Below, piece by piece: positions 49,008 to 58,806 of a stretch of 64,000 nt of DNA. This stretch comes from Bacteroidota bacterium (lineage in GTDB: Bacteria > Bacteroidota > Bacteroidia > Bacteroidales > VadinHA17), in contig JADFQJ010000007.1 of assembly GCA_022561875.1 (NCBI GenBank), positions 3,482-67,481 on the forward strand, read 5' to 3'. The translations under genes were made by a program, and so were the position numbers. The stretch's first letter is position 1. Each line of letters opens with the position of its first letter. The notes under the pieces are model-generated. The model saw nothing but the letters and a program-made list of their open reading frames with translations, made no database searches and was not told the origin of the DNA.

Positions 49008-49685
49008 ATGCAACGTTTAGCAATTATAATTTCAGTTATACCACTATTATTTTCGGCATGTGTTGAAAGACCTGAAGCAGGATTTTTTACTTCAAATGTT
49101 GTGATCGAGGTAGGAGAACCGGTCTATTTTACAAATAATTCATTTGATGCTGTTTATTTTGAATGGGATTTTGGTGACGGTTCTTTTACTGATGAGCCTA
49201 ACCCAATTCATTATTATGATGCATCAGGCACTTTTAATGTAACTTTGAGCGCCTGGTCAAAAAATGATTATGTTGATAGAGCTTATCAGGATATTACCGT
49301 GCTTTTTCCAACAACGCTTGAGGTAATCGTTCAGGAGTATTATGATGAATATTTAGTGCAAGGTGCTAATGTAAGGCTATATCCAACGTATGAAGACTGG
49401 CTTGATGAAACAAATATGGTTGCTGAAGGAAACACTAACCAGAATGGTAAAGTGATTTTCTCAAGATTACAACCTGTTGTCTATTATGCCGATGTATGGG
49501 AATCGGAACACAATAACTTTACATTAGCCGACGAAGATGTGGATTGGATTAGGATTCCCCGGTTAGTAGCAAACGATATAAATAGTTTTGTTGCCTGGGT
49601 TGATTATGTTCCTAATAAAGGTATTGAACGTGACAGGAATAGTAAGATACCGGCAAAAAACAGAAAATTCTTCGAAAAAAGGTAA
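49008..49685 (+). CDS. PKD-domain lipoprotein
   Basis: 225 aa. Lipobox LLFSAC, PKD signature FEWDFGDGSFTDEPNPIHYYDASGTFNVTL, second beta-sandwich-like half. Confidence 0.7.
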   Translation: MQRLAIIISVIPLLFSACVERPEAGFFTSNVVIEVGEPVYFTNNSFDAVYFEWDFGDGSFTDEPNPIHYYDASGTFNVTLSAWSKNDYVDRAYQDITVLFPTTLEVIVQEYYDEYLVQGANVRLYPTYEDWLDETNMVAEGNTNQNGKVIFSRLQPVVYYADVWESEHNNFTLADEDVDWIRIPRLVANDINSFVAWVDYVPNKGIERDRNSKIPAKNRKFFEKR

Positions 49686-49701
49686 TGTATAATCAAAAAT
49701 G

Positions 49702-50772
49702 TTAGTATTTCTTTGTTGCTGCCGGAGTAAGGGACAGGACAAATTTACGAACCCATTCCTGGATAATTAAGAGTTCCTTAAAAGGTCTGCGGTAAAAGAC
49801 TTTCTTTTCCCTGATTTCAATAAGATTTTCTTTCTGTCCGGGCATGAAGTCCAGTTCTGTTTTTGTGACTCCAAGTATTAATGGAAGCTCTTCAAAAGCA
49901 AAGCCATATAATTGTTTTAGTATTTTTTCTTTTTTATATTCAATATTTAGTTGAATTATTGAAGAATTGAACTTCTTTGAATCTGCAAACCCTCGTTCTC
50001 TTTTGTAGTAAAGTTTTTTTCTTTTAAAAAAATCTTCGATATGCATTGGATTTACTACCCTTGCCATATCGAGGATAAATTCAATAAACCGGTTATACAA
50101 ATAATCCGTATTCCCGGTCATTTCAGGTTCATGATATGCCAGGTTAGCTGAAGTCCGGTACCATTTTCTTTCTCTTTTGATATGATCAAATCTGTCGGTA
50201 CAGGGTTGAATATAATTCCTGGCATTATCAAGAAGCTTTCTGGCATATTCATAATTCCGGTTCACAATATGGAGATCGGCTAGTTTGATCAGTATATTGT
50301 ATTGATGATGTGTAAGGGTATCCATATCCAGGACACCGGAAAGATAGTGAATGGCTTCATCGGTTTCAGAACTGTTGAGATGATCAGCCATTGTAATATG
50401 CAGATTCAGAAAATAGGGCTCATTAGAAGGTACTTTATCTATAATATCTGCAAGATAATCAAGGGTTCCTTTGTATGACACAGAAGGTTCTTTACGCATA
50501 TAGGGAATCAGTTTGTTCAGGCAGCTAACCAGGGCCGTATTGCCTTCGCGCAGATATGTTGCTGCAATATCCTGCAAAAAAGTGATAGCCCCGGAGTAAC
50601 CCTTTTCACGTTTTATTTTCGTAGCCAGTACCATAAGTTTGTGAACATCTGCATCAGGATGCGTTACCCTGGTTTTATAACCTTTAAATTCCTCGAATTG
50701 AATACGGAACTCACCAGAGTCTTCCGTTTTTTTCTTTCCTGGATAAAAGAGGCGCCTGAAGAATGATATCAT
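49702..50772 (-). CDS. hypothetical protein (helical, TPR-like by composition)
   Basis: 356-aa ORF with no signal peptide and no recognisable motif. Coding-like composition. Confidence 0.45.
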   Translation of the reverse strand: MISFFRRLFYPGKKKTEDSGEFRIQFEEFKGYKTRVTHPDADVHKLMVLATKIKREKGYSGAITFLQDIAATYLREGNTALVSCLNKLIPYMRKEPSVSYKGTLDYLADIIDKVPSNEPYFLNLHITMADHLNSSETDEAIHYLSGVLDMDTLTHHQYNILIKLADLHIVNRNYEYARKLLDNARNYIQPCTDRFDHIKRERKWYRTSANLAYHEPEMTGNTDYLYNRFIEFILDMARVVNPMHIEDFFKRKKLYYKRERGFADSKKFNSSIIQLNIEYKKEKILKQLYGFAFEELPLILGVTKTELDFMPGQKENLIEIREKKVFYRRPFKELLIIQEWVRKFVLSLTPAATKKY

Positions 50773-50887
50773 ATCCGGTTTGTTGAGTTACTGATTCGAA
50801 TATCCTTTAAAACAGAAAAATACGAATTAATTCTCGAAATATCAAGACAGTATTATTTTTACTATTTCCACTTTGTTTTTTTTCTAT

Positions 50888-50895
50888 TATATTTG
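50888..50895 (+). promoter_or_regulatory. Bacteroidota -7 promoter box upstream of the LysM gene
   Basis: TATATTTG about 39 nt upstream of ATG 50934. Confidence 0.45.
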
Positions 50896-50921
50896 TAAAA
50901 CCCATTATTATTTATAAATAT

Positions 50922-52886
50922 TTGACAAACAGAATGTTTAGAAGCGCTTTATCATATTTGTCAGTTTATCTTTTTTTTCTTGTATTTGTTACAAGCGGGT
51001 TTGCACAGGAAAATGTGGTAAAGGTCGAACGGTCGACGGATAAAATCCTTCTTGAAGGGAAGGCATATTATATACATATTGTAAAAAAGGGACAGACACT
51101 TTATTCTATTAGCAAAGTATACCAGGTTTCTCAAAAGGAGATCTCAAAAGAGAATCCAACTGTAGCATTTGGCTTAAGACCGGGTCAGCCGTTGAAAATC
51201 CCGGTTTATCCCTGGAAGCCGGAACCCAAAGCGCCGGGAGAAACTGAAGATTATATTTTCCATGAAATTGAATCCGGGCAGACTTTATATTCCCTTGCAA
51301 AAGAATATGAAGTTACTGTTGACGAGATAATGGATCATAACACCGGTATCAGTATAGATGACATTGCTATTGGAACCATAATAAAAATACCTAAAAGAAA
51401 ATACCAGATCAGGGAAGAAAAATTCGAGTTTGCTGAACAGGATTATATTTTCCACAGGATAAAAAGGAAAGAGACACTTTATTCCTTGTCGAGGAAATAC
51501 AATGTTTCAGTGAGGGAATTAAAGAAAGCTAATGAAGGATTGCGTTGGGGATTAAAAAACGGGCAGTATCTCAGAATCCCGGTTGCCGGTGAGTTACCGG
51601 ATTCAGTACAACTTATTGTGGAAGATACAGAATATAAGGAAGATACTGCAGATATTTTTTGTGAATCCCTGGTAAATATCTCTAATCGTACTCTGAAGAT
51701 TGCACTTCTTTTGCCGTTTTATCTGGATAAAAACAGTGAAAGATCCTATATAGACTCATCTGAAGTGGATTATCAGGGCGAAAAGATCATGGAGGTTATT
51801 GAAAGGGATGAAACATGGGTCTTTCCGCAAAGTATATTTTTTCTGGATTTCATGATGGGAGTGAGAATAGCTCTTAATTCTCTGAAAAAGGAAGGAATAT
51901 CTGTTGAACTTTTTTGTTTTGATACAGAAGCCGATACCGCAGTTGTCAGAGAAATTGTTGAAATGGATGATTTATGGGATATGGACCTTATAATCGGACC
52001 GGTTTATCATCATAATTTGTCTATAGTTGGACCTTATGCAATAAAGTATCAGATCCCACTGGTTTCACCTTTATCATCCAAAGGCAATCTTACTGAATCC
52101 AACCCTTACCTTTTTCAAATTGTACCATCCATTGATGCTGAATTTGAACAACTTGCAAACTATGTTTCTCAGTATCACGGTAGCAATATTGTATTGATAC
52201 ATTCAGGAGATTTGCGCGAAGAGGAAAGAATTTTTACACTAAAGAGAAATTTGTTCAGGTATTTTGCTTATCGTACTATCTTCGATGAGGTAATTTTCAA
52301 AGAAATTATTTATAATGAAAGTTTTACTGCAAACGATGCTATAAACAGTATTGAGCACTCACTTTCAAAGCAGGTTGAGAACCTGATTATTGTTCCATCC
52401 GGTCAGGAAACTTTTACAAGTGAAATATTAGCTCGTTTACATCCTCTTTCTCAGGATTATACAATTACAGTTCTTGGCTATCCAACCTGGGTAAAATTCA
52501 GGAATGTAGAATTAAAATATTATTATGACCTTGGTGTACAGATATTTACGCCTTTTTACATTGACTATAATAATGACAGGGTTAAGGATTTTCTCAGGAA
52601 ATACAGAAAAAGTTTTAATACTGAACCTTATCAGTTCAGTTATGCATGGAAAGGATATGATATAGCTTATTATTTTATAAGCGGATTATCAAGGTATGGT
52701 GATCATTTTCTCACATGTTACAAGAATCATCAGCCTCAGCTGCTTGAAACTGATTTTGAATTCAACAGGGTGAATTCACACGGAGGATATATGAACAATC
52801 ATTTCCGTATGCTAAAATATACTCCGGATTACGAAATCCTGGATATTAACAGCAGTAAGGCAGAAGCAAAATTACCGAAAAAGTAG
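50922..52886 (+). CDS. LysM-repeat protein fused to a type-1 periplasmic-binding-protein-like domain
   Basis: 654 aa in the track (TTG). ATG at 50934 gives the signal peptide MFRSALSYLSVYLFFLVFVTSGFAQ. Three LysM repeats (GQTLYSISK..., GQTLYSLAK..., KETLYSLSR...) then a PBP1-like region. Confidence 0.8.
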   Translation: MTNRMFRSALSYLSVYLFFLVFVTSGFAQENVVKVERSTDKILLEGKAYYIHIVKKGQTLYSISKVYQVSQKEISKENPTVAFGLRPGQPLKIPVYPWKPEPKAPGETEDYIFHEIESGQTLYSLAKEYEVTVDEIMDHNTGISIDDIAIGTIIKIPKRKYQIREEKFEFAEQDYIFHRIKRKETLYSLSRKYNVSVRELKKANEGLRWGLKNGQYLRIPVAGELPDSVQLIVEDTEYKEDTADIFCESLVNISNRTLKIALLLPFYLDKNSERSYIDSSEVDYQGEKIMEVIERDETWVFPQSIFFLDFMMGVRIALNSLKKEGISVELFCFDTEADTAVVREIVEMDDLWDMDLIIGPVYHHNLSIVGPYAIKYQIPLVSPLSSKGNLTESNPYLFQIVPSIDAEFEQLANYVSQYHGSNIVLIHSGDLREEERIFTLKRNLFRYFAYRTIFDEVIFKEIIYNESFTANDAINSIEHSLSKQVENLIIVPSGQETFTSEILARLHPLSQDYTITVLGYPTWVKFRNVELKYYYDLGVQIFTPFYIDYNNDRVKDFLRKYRKSFNTEPYQFSYAWKGYDIAYYFISGLSRYGDHFLTCYKNHQPQLLETDFEFNRVNSHGGYMNNHFRMLKYTPDYEILDINSSKAEAKLPKK

Positions 52887-52937
52887 TTTGCCCTGTATTA
52901 TTCAGGATTTAATGAATTGATCAGGTTACAATCTGCA

Positions 52938-53783
52938 TCAAACTACTTCACCATTTGCCAGTGTAATTGCTGCTCCTATCACCGTAGCAAAATCTGCATT
53001 TTCAGGTATGATAAATTTTGTTTTGTGAAGGTCTGCCACACGATTGAGAATGTCTTTAAAAGGTTTGATACCTGCTAACCTGCCAGTCAGAATTATTGTT
53101 TTTAAATTGTTTGCATGCGCAGCAGCAATACCCAATATTCCTATGGTTTGTCCAACAAGATTTAAAATTGCCAGCGCAATGTCTTTGTTGGTAGCTTCAT
53201 CAGCCATTTTCCCAAAGTTTGAAGCAGTAGTGGAAGCTGGCAGATTGTTTATTGATCTGCCGGCAATATCTCCTACTGTCAGGTCCACGCGGTTGAGATT
53301 TCCTTTGGATGCCATATCAACCAATGTTTTGATATTGGTAATATTGAGCATTTTTCTTGCTAAACCCAGCAGTGTTCCACCACCTACACCACTGCCACCC
53401 CAGTGTTTAATTTCCTTGCCGTTAACAATGACAATTGCAGTTCCTGTCCCCATGCTTATTACCACCGCTTTGCTAAAACCTGATAAAAACGAACCTGCTG
53501 TTCCAATTGCCGTAAATTCATCGACTTTTACGACAGGAATGCCAAATAACTTGCTCTGTACTTTATTGGCCCCCACTCCGGTAGCAGCAATAGTAGTTAC
53601 TTCACTCAACGAGGCGCCTATAGCTTCCAGGAACTTCCCAAGGGCTCCTGCTGCTGAAGTAACAGGGTCATCTGCTTTGACTGTCAGTGGATTAATTATT
53701 TTCGATCCCTTTAATCCCACAATATCCGTTGTTGTTCCGCCAATATCTATTCCTATTATCATGGTGTTATCAATTTGATCCAA
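52938..53783 (-). CDS. type II pantothenate kinase-like ASKHA kinase (CoaW/fumble family)
   Basis: 281 aa. IGIDIGGTTTD phosphate-1 motif, SMGTGTAIV, GGSGVGGGTLLGLARKML, VDLTVGDIAG...ASNFG. This matches the pattern of Staphylococcus/eukaryotic type II PanK. Confidence 0.65.
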   Translation of the reverse strand: MDQIDNTMIIGIDIGGTTTDIVGLKGSKIINPLTVKADDPVTSAAGALGKFLEAIGASLSEVTTIAATGVGANKVQSKLFGIPVVKVDEFTAIGTAGSFLSGFSKAVVISMGTGTAIVIVNGKEIKHWGGSGVGGGTLLGLARKMLNITNIKTLVDMASKGNLNRVDLTVGDIAGRSINNLPASTTASNFGKMADEATNKDIALAILNLVGQTIGILGIAAAHANNLKTIILTGRLAGIKPFKDILNRVADLHKTKFIIPENADFATVIGAAITLANGEVV

Positions 53784-53816
53784 AGATAGGAATTAATTAA
53801 AGGTTAAGGCTAATAA

Positions 53817-55334
53817 TTACTTCCCCCGGAATTTGTCATCAATATTGGTCTTTACTTCTTGTTTTGGGGGCGGCAGAATGGTCATGATCATATCTGCAGC
53901 TTGCCTCAAAGCATTCATGCATAATCCTGTTGTGTAGTCAGTAAGGAATTTTCCGGCATCTTCAGGATCTTTGTTGTAAAGTTTTATCGCCCAGTCTTCC
54001 ACGGAAGGTTGAAGAGTAAGATTAATTTTTTCAAATTTCTTCCACCTGGGCAGAACTATGTCTATACGTTCATTATAATTTCCAATTACAAGGTCAGACA
54101 GTCCCCTGAAAACGCTGAATGCAGTTCTTTTATCTTCGCGTTTTCCTGAGTAAACTTCAGGTATTTTGTTAATACCGAAATAAAAAGGCACATATGGGGT
54201 AGCGAATGGGCGGCTTAAACCGGTCCATATTATTGCACCTATTTCAACAGTCAATTCACCCCGCAGTTGAATTACATCAGTGTGGACACATTTTGAGGAT
54301 GCGATCATCCTTTCGCCCGGACTTTTTCCTGTTTCAGGATAGCCGTCAAATTTTGTTCCCTGGTAATGATCTCTCAAAATGGAAAAAAGTTTTTCAACAT
54401 TTATTTTTTCATCTGGTTTGAAAAACATTTGGAAATCTCTGCCTTCCGGATCGGGGTTAAGGGATGGACTCAGGATTGAAATTCCACGCCATTCCCGGCG
54501 GCTGTTATAAAAAGGATTTTTTGAAGAATAAACTCTGCCGCCAAATGCCTTTCTGAAATTGAACGGTCCCATTCCGGGGTCCCACAATCCCTTCTTTTTA
54601 CAGAATTCCGGCAACCCGGGAGAAGTGATAACATTGGCAGTGTCATCGATGTTAATATTCCCGATCCTGTAGCCGTTTGCCTGTACCCAGTAACAACTGT
54701 CAGGCACGCGGACAGCTGCCCATGTACTTCCGCCGCCTGTTTCCAGGTACCATATCTCTTTCGGATCGGCAATACCGACCCCGGACGGATAAGCAATACC
54801 GTATTTATTGTATAAATCTCCAATCAATTCAACACACTGGCGCGCTGTTTTTGTTTGTTGCAGTGCAATATATCGCACACCGCCGGGTAACCCGTTCTTA
54901 ACCAGTGGATCAGTCACCCTGGCTTTCACGTTTCTGTCACTTATCAAAGATACACCACCGGCAATAGCAACCTGGTATTCATTCACTGCTACTGCATCTC
55001 CCTCTTTATATCCGTTCCTGATACGCAGAACCATCCATTCACAGGTAAAAGATGCATTTGGTATGGTAAGACCGTTTGAGAACCGAATGCTATCTTCGTA
55101 AGTATGTTTCTGTTTTGGAATTTTTTCACAAAATGATATCTCAGTTCCTGTAAGATCATTGTTATGAGCAACCAGTACAGATCCATCTGTTGTAGCATCT
55201 TTACCTGCCAGGATCATGTAACATTCCCTGTCACTATTTCTGTTTTCCGGAACCTGTGAAAAGGCATTAAATATTCCGGTAATGAGCAAGAATTGTACAA
55301 AAAAAAGAATGAAAGCTCTATGATTGTTATTCAT
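53817..55334 (-). CDS. secreted C69-family (Ntn-hydrolase) dipeptidase
   Basis: 505 aa. Signal peptide, then the candidate nucleophile Cys in RECYMILAGKDATTDGSVLVAHNND, typical of peptidase C69. Confidence 0.8.
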   Translation of the reverse strand: MNNNHRAFILFFVQFLLITGIFNAFSQVPENRNSDRECYMILAGKDATTDGSVLVAHNNDLTGTEISFCEKIPKQKHTYEDSIRFSNGLTIPNASFTCEWMVLRIRNGYKEGDAVAVNEYQVAIAGGVSLISDRNVKARVTDPLVKNGLPGGVRYIALQQTKTARQCVELIGDLYNKYGIAYPSGVGIADPKEIWYLETGGGSTWAAVRVPDSCYWVQANGYRIGNINIDDTANVITSPGLPEFCKKKGLWDPGMGPFNFRKAFGGRVYSSKNPFYNSRREWRGISILSPSLNPDPEGRDFQMFFKPDEKINVEKLFSILRDHYQGTKFDGYPETGKSPGERMIASSKCVHTDVIQLRGELTVEIGAIIWTGLSRPFATPYVPFYFGINKIPEVYSGKREDKRTAFSVFRGLSDLVIGNYNERIDIVLPRWKKFEKINLTLQPSVEDWAIKLYNKDPEDAGKFLTDYTTGLCMNALRQAADMIMTILPPPKQEVKTNIDDKFRGK

Positions 55335-55660
55335 GTAGTTTCCTTGTTTTCATTATCCCTTATCTCGACTCTTAGTTTTGTCGTAACCACCATAGCATCA
55401 AATAATTGAACTAATCTGCCAAGAGTAAGATTCCTGTCTCCCCGTTCCAGTTTGGATATCTCTGATTTTTCCACGCCAATCAGCCTGCTAAGCTGTTTCT
55501 GGGTCAGTTTCTTATGCTTTCGCAGTGCCTTTACAAGTGCAGCCATAGACTCGGCATCCAGTTCTGATTCAAATACATCAATAGTCGGGGGGTTGCCGTA
55601 CCCGGTAAAAGCCTTGTCTCTTACCATGATGTGCTTGATTTTCCCGGTTTCTTTGCTCAT
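55331..55660 (-). CDS. XRE-family helix-turn-helix transcriptional regulator
   Basis: 109 aa. HTH LTQKQLSRLIGVEKSEISKLERGDRNLTLGRL. Its TGA overlaps the ATG of the C69 gene (ATGA at 55334-55331). Confidence 0.8.
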   Translation of the reverse strand: MSKETGKIKHIMVRDKAFTGYGNPPTIDVFESELDAESMAALVKALRKHKKLTQKQLSRLIGVEKSEISKLERGDRNLTLGRLVQLFDAMVVTTKLRVEIRDNENKETT

Positions 55661-55711
55661 TGCAGTTCAATTATTTAAATCGTTTTGGCAGAATAGTCTG
55701 CCTGGGTTCAA

Positions 55712-56425
55712 TTACTTGTTTTCTTCCTCAATTTTTCCACACTCCCGGACATTATTTCCTGTTCGTTCCTGCAGGTCATCTCCAAGGTCTGTCCGGGCTT
55801 TTTCAGCCAGGGCTTGCAGTTCTTTTACAATCTCAGGATAAATTTCTTTTACATCATATCTTTCTCCAGCATCACGTCGCAGATTATAGAGAGCAAATTC
55901 TGCGGCGTCTTGTGCATAAGGTCCCGGCCAGCCGTCATTTCCCGGCAGCGCTCCTTCATACGACCTGGTGGGATGGGGGAAAATGAGTTTCCATTTATCT
56001 TTCCTAAGAGGAAGCTTTGGATACTTTGCTTTCCATGATCTCGAAGAGGTGTCGGTGACCGGTGTACCGTCATAATCCACAGGCCACATGTCGTTGGAAT
56101 AGGGAATACCAATATACTCATCAAACCCATGCTGCAGGGGAAGGAATTTTTCATGGTGTCCCAGGTGCCATTTTCCGAATATTGCTGTTGCATAACCCTT
56201 TTCTTTCAATAATTCCGCAATAGTTACCTCCTGTTCATTAATACCGTTTTCTGACCAGGGCATAAGTGCTCCGTGTATTCCGATACGATTTGGATAACAA
56301 CCTGTTAGCAATGCTGCTCTTGAAGCGCTGCATACAGCCTGGGCAGAATAAAAATGTGTAAAATGCATTCCTGAGACATAGTCAAGACTTCCATTTGAAA
56401 CTGGAAATTGGGACGACATAAACAT
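55712..56425 (-). pseudogene. arylsulfatase remnant (N-terminal truncation plus internal deletion)
   Basis: 237-aa ORF. It retains the formylglycine motif CSASRAALLTG and the GKWHLG box, then jumps to the sulfatase C-terminal region (KWKLIF...LYNLRRDAGERYDV). It lacks the signal peptide, the metal-binding N-terminus, and about 200 aa of catalytic core. Confidence 0.75.
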
Positions 56426-56461
56426 TTACAATAATAGCAATCCGAATTTCAAATTTCTTGG

Positions 56462-58750
56462 TTATTCAATTTCTGTATCCTCATGAGCATTCACAAACAG
56501 TATATTACCCACTTTATCATATCCCATAAATAACTTTTTCTTGTCATGTTTTAATTGTTCACCACGAAAACCTACCACGGTAAGACCGGCATTTTCTGAA
56601 TATTTATTGATCATCTCTTTATTACTGATCTCCTCTTCCCTTTTCAGGATTTTGATGTTTTTAGTTGAAATAGGCAACCGCCCTTTATTAATTAACTCAA
56701 CCAGTTCTTTTCGGGTTTTTTCTAATTCGTTCTCATCACAAATTTCAAAAATCTTAATACTGCTTTTTTTCCAGTCGGGATGACTCAGAATTACGTAGCT
56801 AAGCAGGATCATCAGATTTGCATTTTCATAATCTGACCTTCTGATCCAGATATGGATCCCATCACTGAAATTAATGGGTTTAAGTACACTCCCCAGTATG
56901 CATATATCGTAATTCCCTGAGCGGCACAGAGAATAATTGTCAATGATTTGATTAAGATTCTCAGGGTTATTCTTGTCAAATTCAAATAAAATAGTATTGT
57001 TTTCCATTCCGGATATACCTGGAAGCTGGATTATCTGGGCAATAGCCGAAGTGAATGAGGGTGATATAATGGTATCAATGTAGAACTTATTATTCCGGAT
57101 ATTTGCTTTCTTTATCAATTTTTCCAGTATCTCTTTTGCATTTTGTTGCGATGCATGTGAATAATAATCCTTTATCAGATGTATGTAAGTTCCGAAACCA
57201 TGCTTGTAAGACACCCAGTTTAACAGACTGAAAGCAGTTTCCCTTTCAAATGAGTCGTGCGAAACACATACTACTGAAGGTCTCCACTTGCGTGTACTTT
57301 CCAGTTTTCTCGACTTCTGTAAATAAACCTGGAGACTATGGCTTATTTGGAAAAACACACTCAGAAAGATAGACTCCAGGCCTTCACGGTCTTTGTGAAA
57401 GTTCCTTATATAAAGATAAACGACGATCATCAGTCCAATAGCCAAAATGGTGTAAATTGTACTTATCATAAACATCATCAACAAACTCATAAGAAAGCCG
57501 ATCAGAGAAATATACCATCTTGAACGGAATACCGGACGGTAAGAGGGATCAGCTCCAAAATGATAAAGAAAAGAAATAAGACAGAGCGCCCCGTATGTAA
57601 CCATGAAAAACATGGTAATGATCTTTGCAACACTGTTCACATCACCAAGGGCTACAAATACAAATGCTAAAACGCAGGTAATCAAGGTTCCGTTAAAGGG
57701 TTCATTTGTTTCTCCCTTTCCTTTGGCTACAAAATTATTGAACTTCTCTGACGGGAAAGACTTGTCCGCTCCAAGGGCTTGTATCTTGCGTGGTGCAGCC
57801 AAAATGGCTCCAAGAGCTGATGAGAAAGTTGATGCTGCCAGTCCCAGAGGGATGAATATTCTTCCTGCAACTGCAATCTTACTCATAACCAGCTGATCAT
57901 TTGCGAGATCTTCAGGACTTGCAGATATACTTAGTTTCCAGGTAATAAATAGATATATGACCATCCCTAAAACGGTGGCAGAAATAGTTCCGAGAGGTAT
58001 TGATTTTGCGGGGTTCTTCAAGTCTCCTGATAGTCCGACACCGGCAGATAAACCTGTGAAGGCAGGGAAGAGGATAGCAAATACAATGAAGAACTGATCC
58101 ATGTTCTTAAACGCGCCGGGAGGAAAGCCGCGAGAGGCCGATTCACTGAATTCGGTTGAACCAAGAAAAAACAAAGCGATTGAAAGAAATAATACTCCTA
58201 CAACAACATAGAGCACTTTCATGCCCACTTTGGCACCACGTTTAAGGATAACCGCAGAAAGAAGTGCCATAGCAGGCAGACTGATCGCCTGACGTGGCAA
58301 TTCAAAATCAAAAGTTTCTTTTATCCAAAAGAACAGGGGTGTAAATGCTTCAGTGAAAGCAATTACATAAAATGCGACACTAATGGATTGAGAAAGGTAT
58401 AGTGAAAAACCTATGGTAGCCCCAATATTCAGCCCGAATGAACGGCTGATAATGAAATATTCACCACCCCCTTCAACCCGACGGTTTGTTGCTATCTCTG
58501 AAATGGCCAGAGCCGTAGGGATGGTTACTAAATGTGCAAGAATAATGACCAGGATAGTTCCGAATGGCCCTATTGTCCCTACAGAAAATCCAAACCGCAG
58601 GAATAAAATGGCACCCAGAATTGTAGCAATGCTGGTAAAAAATACAGGGGCTGTCCCGAACGACTTTTTGTTCTGTTGCATCAGGATGGAGAAATCAGTT
58701 AAACCGGGTTTAAAGATAATATTTTTAATTATTGAAAATATTTTGTTCAT
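56462..58750 (-). CDS. APC-superfamily transporter with SLC12-like (cation-chloride cotransporter) C-terminal domain
   Basis: 762 aa. About 12 TM helices of amino-acid-permease type followed by a cytoplasmic domain of about 280 aa. Confidence 0.65.
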   Translation of the reverse strand: MNKIFSIIKNIIFKPGLTDFSILMQQNKKSFGTAPVFFTSIATILGAILFLRFGFSVGTIGPFGTILVIILAHLVTIPTALAISEIATNRRVEGGGEYFIISRSFGLNIGATIGFSLYLSQSISVAFYVIAFTEAFTPLFFWIKETFDFELPRQAISLPAMALLSAVILKRGAKVGMKVLYVVVGVLFLSIALFFLGSTEFSESASRGFPPGAFKNMDQFFIVFAILFPAFTGLSAGVGLSGDLKNPAKSIPLGTISATVLGMVIYLFITWKLSISASPEDLANDQLVMSKIAVAGRIFIPLGLAASTFSSALGAILAAPRKIQALGADKSFPSEKFNNFVAKGKGETNEPFNGTLITCVLAFVFVALGDVNSVAKIITMFFMVTYGALCLISFLYHFGADPSYRPVFRSRWYISLIGFLMSLLMMFMISTIYTILAIGLMIVVYLYIRNFHKDREGLESIFLSVFFQISHSLQVYLQKSRKLESTRKWRPSVVCVSHDSFERETAFSLLNWVSYKHGFGTYIHLIKDYYSHASQQNAKEILEKLIKKANIRNNKFYIDTIISPSFTSAIAQIIQLPGISGMENNTILFEFDKNNPENLNQIIDNYSLCRSGNYDICILGSVLKPINFSDGIHIWIRRSDYENANLMILLSYVILSHPDWKKSSIKIFEICDENELEKTRKELVELINKGRLPISTKNIKILKREEEISNKEMINKYSENAGLTVVGFRGEQLKHDKKKLFMGYDKVGNILFVNAHEDTEIE

Positions 58751-58764
58751 GTTTTTTTGAATAT

Positions 58765-58806
58765 AACCAGTAACCAGTAACTTGTACCCGAAACCCGAAA
58801 CCCGTA
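58765..58806. repeat. 6 x 7-nt phased units (AACCAGT x2, AACTTGT, ACCCGAA x2, ACCCGTA) running exactly up to the ATG at 58807
   Basis: Read directly. Occupies 42 of the 56 bp between two divergent start codons. Confidence 0.9.

Noticed and set aside
53044-53778. 244-aa plus-strand ORF
   Set aside because: It is entirely antisense to the well-supported PanK-like gene. Its translation is Ala/Pro/Ser-rich and featureless, typical of the open antisense frame of a Gly/Ala-rich gene.
55331-55660. XRE protein as the antitoxin of a toxin-antitoxin pair
   Set aside because: No small toxin ORF lies upstream or downstream. The gene is translationally coupled to the C69 peptidase gene.
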